Source: a virus
Lineage: Duplodnaviria > Caudoviricetes
Length of the DNA stretch: 49,564 nucleotides
Reading direction: 5' to 3' (one strand)
IMG/VR virus record: IMGVR_UViG_3300030430_004527
Span: 1 to 49,564 of that record
Shown here: piece by piece, positions 44,391-49,564 of the stretch
How positions within the stretch are numbered: the stretch's first letter is position 1
Layout: each line of letters starts with the position of its first letter
Notes under the pieces: model-generated
What the model was told of the DNA's origin: nothing
Databases searched by the model: none
The model's input: only the letters and a program-made list of their open reading frames with translations
Made by a program: the position numbers and the translations under genes

Positions 44391-47300
44391 TCAGCTCGTC
44401 CCTTTCCTCTCGCCTTGTTAATCATCGAAGGATCACGAGTCTTTTTCGACTCCACCTTCTTGATAGACTTCTGTCCCTTGTCGTCATTCTCAATGTTTGC
44501 GAATGAGATTTCGGCGTCAATCTTAACTAGTTCTACGAGTGAAAAGAAATCATATGGCCAATTATAGGTAATATCTTTATCCATTTTGCTTGTCGCTGAG
44601 TTTGTGACTCCTTCCAACTGCACTTCGGATGTGTCTGATGTTGTTCCTTTCTTCGCAACAATTTTATCAAAATAATTTGTCTTTGCTCTTTTCTTGACTT
44701 TGAACACCATCCATTGGATGTTTGATGGAATACCTTTGCCTTCGGCGTTCTCATCCAAGACGCCATTCTTAATAACAGCTCCATCTCCGAGAAGTTCGGC
44801 TGAAAGCAACTCATGGGAGATTGATGCTTCTGCTTCTTCGAAAGTTCTCCCAAGTTCAGGCGGTAAGTTTTGCCACATGTCGGCAAGGTCTTGCTTTGAG
44901 AAGGTATGTTTAAATTCAAAGATATACATAGCAAACGGGTCGATCTCGCTATATCGGACAAAGTCCATTGACGGTGGGAACACATACTTCTGCATGTTCT
45001 TAACCATCTTGTAGACGGTGTCCCCAGCTTTTGCTGGTCCACCTGCTGGAAAGTTCCCATCTATTTCTCGACGAGAAGCTTCAATTGAAGAGTCTATGTC
45101 TGCTCTTGGGATCGAGAAGAACTTACGAGTAGCACCTTGTTCAATAAACGGAACAGCGACAACTGCTTCTGATACTTCTTTCTTCGATCCAACTTCACCG
45201 AGTCGGACTTGTTCTTTGGAGAACCCAACCAAGTCTGCTAATGATTTGACTTTTTTTATTTGTTTTTTTCTCAGGCCCAGTGCGCCTTGCAGCCAAGAGT
45301 TTGGAATATCAGTAACCTGAAGAAATACGCCAGTATCTGCATCTTCTGGTATGTCGCCGTATTGATGCCACATTCCACGAGGAACTGATTCTGATGCATA
45401 CAAGGGCATAGTTCCTCCGTTTCCAGTCAGATCTTCATACTTTTTAAAGTTAAGAATTGGAGTTTCAAATTTTGGCTGAATGATCCACCTAGTCTTTCCT
45501 CTTACTGTATCCGCAGAAGCAACTTCTGTGACTTGTTGTGCATTTTCGTTAAATATTTTTCGGACCGTTCCTTTTCCAAACAAGTTAACACTGGAATCTA
45601 ACTGCATTGCGTTGTAATTAATATAAAATGGATGTTGGATTAGCTGGTCGGTTGACGAGAAGTTCCCACTTGTGACTGCTACTGGGTTTGGTCGATTACG
45701 ATATCTGAGTTGGGTGCTATCGTCGGCGAGCCCATTTCCAAGTGGAGTGGTGTGCGTACCCCAGTTGCCTCCGGCAAAGTCAACATAATCTGCGACAGCA
45801 AAGACAGTATTGATTGTTACGGTTGATGGCCAAGCAGTGATGGTACCAGTGCCGATGGCTTCTAACATCAATTCATGCCATGAACCACTTTCATAACTTT
45901 TATACCTGCCTTCGGTCCAACCTGTGGTTTGGAACGCAGGGCTTGAAGCCCCATCTGCTACGAGGTCCGAATTAGCGTAGCCACTTAAATCCCTAAGTGC
46001 ATCATTGGTACCGTTCCACCAGTGTCTTGTGTAGTAGGGATATTGTTTTGATCCACTGAGGATTTCATCTAAAGTGTATTTTTTTGTGGTGTCAGCATAA
46101 AAAATTAAATCACACCATGCTTCTCCATGGTAATAAGGTGGAGTATAGGGATAATTGGTTCCCCACCATGAACCACACTCTCTGAATTGGATAGTTCTAT
46201 ATGTCCCAAAACCATTGCCGCCATATGTGGGTGGTCCAAAAGCAGATGGTCGAGAGTACATGGTCAAAGACTCTTTGGTAGAAAATCTGGCTTTTATATT
46301 GGTAGCACTACCTGTGATGGACTGGCTAATTCCACGATCTTGATAGGTCACAACGTCTTGCGGTGGATCGACCAGTACAGATTTTATACCACCGAGTGGC
46401 TGGTTGGTTTGCACACGAGATCTTTTCATTTTGATTCTCATTGTATAATAATTTCCAGACACTGCGTTTCCAAACGTTGGATCTCCGTCTTCGGCTGATA
46501 CTATGGTCGCCATCGAAGTGTTTTCCAAGAATAGTTCTGGTATTTCCGCTAAAAGATTGTTAGCCATTTTTTTATACAGTCCGTCGCCACGACCGTCCCA
46601 TTCAGTATGATAGTCCAAGAACTGGTCTCCGGTGGTAGCAAGCCCTCCAGAAACTGCTCCCGTAAAAGGAACTCCAAAAGGATGAGGCTCTTGCAGGATC
46701 AATCTTAGATTCGCAAGATACTCCTCAGGTTCCACAAGAGCTTCAAATGGAATCCTGGTGTCGTATGCAGAGTCAATCCTTTCCTTATTCGCTATGTGTC
46801 CTCCGCCAGTCCAGTAATAATTCTGATGGGGTCCGGTGGAGGCAGTTTGGTATTCCCAATCGGAATTGTAATTATTATTCGAAGAAGAAACAACAAAAGG
46901 TATAGAATCTGCTGTAAAGAGAGGAAAGTCAACTCCAACGCCCGATTTGATTGTATTGAAGAGAATTCCTGGGGCGAATAATGGAGTCATCAGCGGCTGT
47001 AATTTGATAGAGCCAACTTCTACAGTATCGGCTTCCGAGCCCTCTCTAGAGACAACGTGGTTCTTGTAGCTTCTTGCGAATTGTTCGCCTAGTTGAACTG
47101 TTCTTTGTGCGGGATAGAAGCCTTCGTATGGTAGGAACTTTTTGATAGCTTTACACTTAAGAGTTAATATTTTTTCATCTGCAAAGCCTTCATGATCTTT
47201 CTTGATCAAGTCAAAGTGTTTAAGAAAGTCTGAGTTTGATAATACTTTATAGAAAGTACTTTCATTTTCTGTTGTTGTGTTCTGTGATAGTGCACCGGAC

Positions 47301-48733
47301 AACTCAAAAATTTCTCTCAACTCCTCGGTTATACCTTTTGAAGCGTATGTTTCAACATGCGAGCTTATTCTGAACTCGGGTACAATCGAATAGCCCTTCC
47401 CACTTCTTTTTATTTCTTGAGCATAATCTTCGTATGAGTCGTAAAATGGTGTTTTGCCTGCTTGAGCAGGTGCATCCCAATTTGCTACTCCCTCAAACAA
47501 AGATGAAGTTAGCATCATAGATGCAGATCCATCTAGAGTCAGCCGCGAAAAATCGGCTCCTTCAAGTTGACCTTGATATCTATCTCCGGTAGCCGTAAGG
47601 TGGTGTTCAGCATTAAAAGTTGGAAATGACGGATTATAATTTGAAAATGTCGACTTCAGAGTGTGTCTAAATGCATAACTAACAGAGGCGGAAAGTGCAT
47701 CATCTGGATTGCTCAAGAAGAGAGCGGTACCTGTGACTGGAGTATCATTATCTGGGTTAGGCATCGTTGATGCAAGATATACGCGTCCATAAACATGAGA
47801 GTAAGAATTTTGTAAAATACCTTCTCCGCCTTCTGTGTTCTGAAGTCCTAGTCCTTTCCCGCCAATCTTATGGTCAACAAACGATGTGGTATCACCAGTT
47901 GGTCTTGCTCTTGTCGCGAAATCTTTTGCTGCATCCAAGGGCCACATTGATTGAGAGGGTGCTGTGAATCCGAACTCGGTAGCAACGTTATTTTTTTCTC
48001 GATCTTCTCGGTTGTCTCTCCAAAATGTATTAATATAAAACTTTCGTGATCGGGTTTGGTCCAAGAATGCTCGGTCTACTTTCGGCCATATCGTTTGACG
48101 ATAAGTTAAAAGAGAGAATGAGTCGAGCAACGAACCTTCGTCATCAAGTCCTCCATCCAAGTACATGTCGATCAAAGCTTCGTAGTTATCATCTGTATCC
48201 AAAATGGTATTAAAATAATCATTGGCTTGTTTGTTCGCAAAAAATTCTGTCTCATTATTGAATGCCGTCTTCACCTCCACAGGTTTTTTTTCAAAAGTTC
48301 CAAGCTGATCGTTGTATACCGACACTTCTCCAACTAAAGATATTGGAAGATTTTGAGCGATTACTGGTTCTGTGAGGCTTACAATATCTCCGTATCTCGC
48401 TTGTTTGTCTCCGATCTTTGCACCCGGTTCTTGCACATATGTAAACGTGTTTGTTAGTCGGTGAGCTCTCGACAAGTGATTTTGAGAGACTCGCATTTGC
48501 TTCCACATTGGATATCCAAACGGACCATTACGATGAAGATTTAACAACACCAAAGTTTGTGAAGAGTTATGCTCAGTCAAACTTGAAACATTGCCGACAC
48601 CAGCGTTGTCGTTATATTTAAGTGAGGAAGTTGAACTATATCCGAGGTAATTGCCTCCAATCGCACCACTGTCTCCTAAGATCGGATCATAAATGCAGAT
48701 ATTTATTCCGAGAAAATCTTTGTAAGTTGTCAT
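44387..48733 (-). CDS. Large hypothetical virion protein
   Basis: 1448-aa ORF in the structural cluster. No motif recognised with confidence. Confidence 0.7.
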   Translation of the reverse strand: MTTYKDFLGINICIYDPILGDSGAIGGNYLGYSSTSSLKYNDNAGVGNVSSLTEHNSSQTLVLLNLHRNGPFGYPMWKQMRVSQNHLSRAHRLTNTFTYVQEPGAKIGDKQARYGDIVSLTEPVIAQNLPISLVGEVSVYNDQLGTFEKKPVEVKTAFNNETEFFANKQANDYFNTILDTDDNYEALIDMYLDGGLDDEGSLLDSFSLLTYRQTIWPKVDRAFLDQTRSRKFYINTFWRDNREDREKNNVATEFGFTAPSQSMWPLDAAKDFATRARPTGDTTSFVDHKIGGKGLGLQNTEGGEGILQNSYSHVYGRVYLASTMPNPDNDTPVTGTALFLSNPDDALSASVSYAFRHTLKSTFSNYNPSFPTFNAEHHLTATGDRYQGQLEGADFSRLTLDGSASMMLTSSLFEGVANWDAPAQAGKTPFYDSYEDYAQEIKRSGKGYSIVPEFRISSHVETYASKGITEELREIFELSGALSQNTTTENESTFYKVLSNSDFLKHFDLIKKDHEGFADEKILTLKCKAIKKFLPYEGFYPAQRTVQLGEQFARSYKNHVVSREGSEADTVEVGSIKLQPLMTPLFAPGILFNTIKSGVGVDFPLFTADSIPFVVSSSNNNYNSDWEYQTASTGPHQNYYWTGGGHIANKERIDSAYDTRIPFEALVEPEEYLANLRLILQEPHPFGVPFTGAVSGGLATTGDQFLDYHTEWDGRGDGLYKKMANNLLAEIPELFLENTSMATIVSAEDGDPTFGNAVSGNYYTMRIKMKRSRVQTNQPLGGIKSVLVDPPQDVVTYQDRGISQSITGSATNIKARFSTKESLTMYSRPSAFGPPTYGGNGFGTYRTIQFRECGSWWGTNYPYTPPYYHGEAWCDLIFYADTTKKYTLDEILSGSKQYPYYTRHWWNGTNDALRDLSGYANSDLVADGASSPAFQTTGWTEGRYKSYESGSWHELMLEAIGTGTITAWPSTVTINTVFAVADYVDFAGGNWGTHTTPLGNGLADDSTQLRYRNRPNPVAVTSGNFSSTDQLIQHPFYINYNAMQLDSSVNLFGKGTVRKIFNENAQQVTEVASADTVRGKTRWIIQPKFETPILNFKKYEDLTGNGGTMPLYASESVPRGMWHQYGDIPEDADTGVFLQVTDIPNSWLQGALGLRKKQIKKVKSLADLVGFSKEQVRLGEVGSKKEVSEAVVAVPFIEQGATRKFFSIPRADIDSSIEASRREIDGNFPAGGPAKAGDTVYKMVKNMQKYVFPPSMDFVRYSEIDPFAMYIFEFKHTFSKQDLADMWQNLPPELGRTFEEAEASISHELLSAELLGDGAVIKNGVLDENAEGKGIPSNIQWMVFKVKKRAKTNYFDKIVAKKGTTSDTSEVQLEGVTNSATSKMDKDITYNWPYDFFSLVELVKIDAEISFANIENDDKGQKSIKKVESKKTRDPSMINKARGKGRAE

Positions 48734-48753
48734 TTAGCACCCTTTTTTTAATC

Positions 48754-48761
48754 TAAATAGT
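48754..48761 (-). promoter_or_regulatory. Putative late-promoter motif ACTATTTA
   Basis: About 21 nt upstream of the 48733 start. Confidence 0.55.
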
Positions 48762-49564
48762 CTACGATGATAACTTTGCCTTTGTGAGTGTAACAACTAA
48801 TGTTGTGACGTTTCCTTCGCAATCTTTCACAAAGAACGTAATTGTCACGGTACCTGGATTATCTCCTGTATCTTTCACAATACCAGATGGTGGACTTTGT
48901 TGTGTTGATTGATATCCAGAATCATAAGGAGTGCCCGATCCATCTCCGTTTACGGCCGTAACTCTATATTCAAAACCTTCTGTTGACGGGCAACATCCAT
49001 TAGAGGTGACTTCAAGATCCATGTTGGAAATGCTATCGCCTTCAATAATTTGTGAAGAAGTAGCGCCTGGGCCTGTAACAACTTCGAGACTAGCATCATC
49101 AGTTAGAGTTCCAGCTCCATCTCCAGCACCATATGAAATAGAAAACTCGACTGAGTCCGAGCAACATGAAACATCAGATATTGTTGGAAAGTTGATCGCT
49201 GAATCAATACCGGCTGAAGAGCTTATAATACCACTTCTCGGCGCATGAGTTAAAACGCTTTGGCCCGCTTCCCAATTCGATCCACTGATGGCTGCATTGA
49301 TCCAAGAGTATTGGAAGTCGGAAGCGGGGATTGGAGTGTTGAAGTGCATATTATCGTGTCTGCTTGTTGGGGCGTTGATTCCACCTGTGAACGAATTACT
49401 AGAACCAAAACCTAAAGTTATTGATCCATCTGGAAATTCAACTGTTGTGTTACCACTTGGACCAGCTTTATTTTGAGTTAAGATTAGAAAAATTGATCCG
49501 CTTGCTGATGCTGTGAAACTAGGTGGATTCATCGCATTGATCTTAAGTACGAGCGAGTCTCTTA
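48762..49564 (-). CDS. C-terminal part of a larger structural protein (5' end outside window)
   Basis: The frame stays open from 49532 to the window edge (RDSLVLKINA-M). Ser/Gly/Thr-rich with an Ig-like end. Confidence 0.7.
   Translation of the reverse strand, partial: RDSLVLKINAMNPPSFTASASGSIFLILTQNKAGPSGNTTVEFPDGSITLGFGSSNSFTGGINAPTSRHDNMHFNTPIPASDFQYSWINAAISGSNWEAGQSVLTHAPRSGIISSSAGIDSAINFPTISDVSCCSDSVEFSISYGAGDGAGTLTDDASLEVVTGPGATSSQIIEGDSISNMDLEVTSNGCCPSTEGFEYRVTAVNGDGSGTPYDSGYQSTQQSPPSGIVKDTGDNPGTVTITFFVKDCEGNVTTLVVTLTKAKLSS

Noticed and set aside
1-49564. Stop-codon reassignment, as seen in some large phages
   Set aside because: Core genes are full length in the standard code, TAA, TAG and TGA all end genes at tight junctions, and no suppressor tRNA is seen.

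Overview
This window is a fragment of a large T4-like (gp23/gp20/gp21/gp17-type) tailed-phage genome, with essentially every real gene on the minus strand and the standard genetic code. The left half is the head module: major capsid protein (truncated at the window edge), acidic scaffold, LamG/fibre-like virion proteins, a phage-encoded ribosomal protein bS21, prohead protease, portal and large terminase. The middle holds a holin/spanin-like trio, a fused Mre11-Rad50 (SbcD-SbcC), a lipoprotein, an Smr domain, tRNA-Ala(UGC), two nucleotidyltransferases, a primase and a RuvC-like resolvase. The right end holds large tail/baseplate-type proteins. The most striking unexplained pattern is a family of at least 9 otherwise unrelated small genes, plus a decayed remnant, that share an N-terminal leader MK(L/I)(T/S)xxxL(K/R)x(I/M)IxE(E). 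The leader usually ends in a hydrophobic-x-Glu site of the kind cut by T4-type prohead proteases. Two tandem GNAT-like genes carry a second leader type (RKFLx(x)E). These genes are wedged into gene junctions by start/stop overlaps, and several have a putative late-promoter motif (ACTAnTTA) even where they sit among sigma70-driven genes. My inference is a modular capsid-targeting leader plus swappable payload system for virion-packaged effector proteins. Start positions were adjusted by eye using SD motifs, and no database searches were run.
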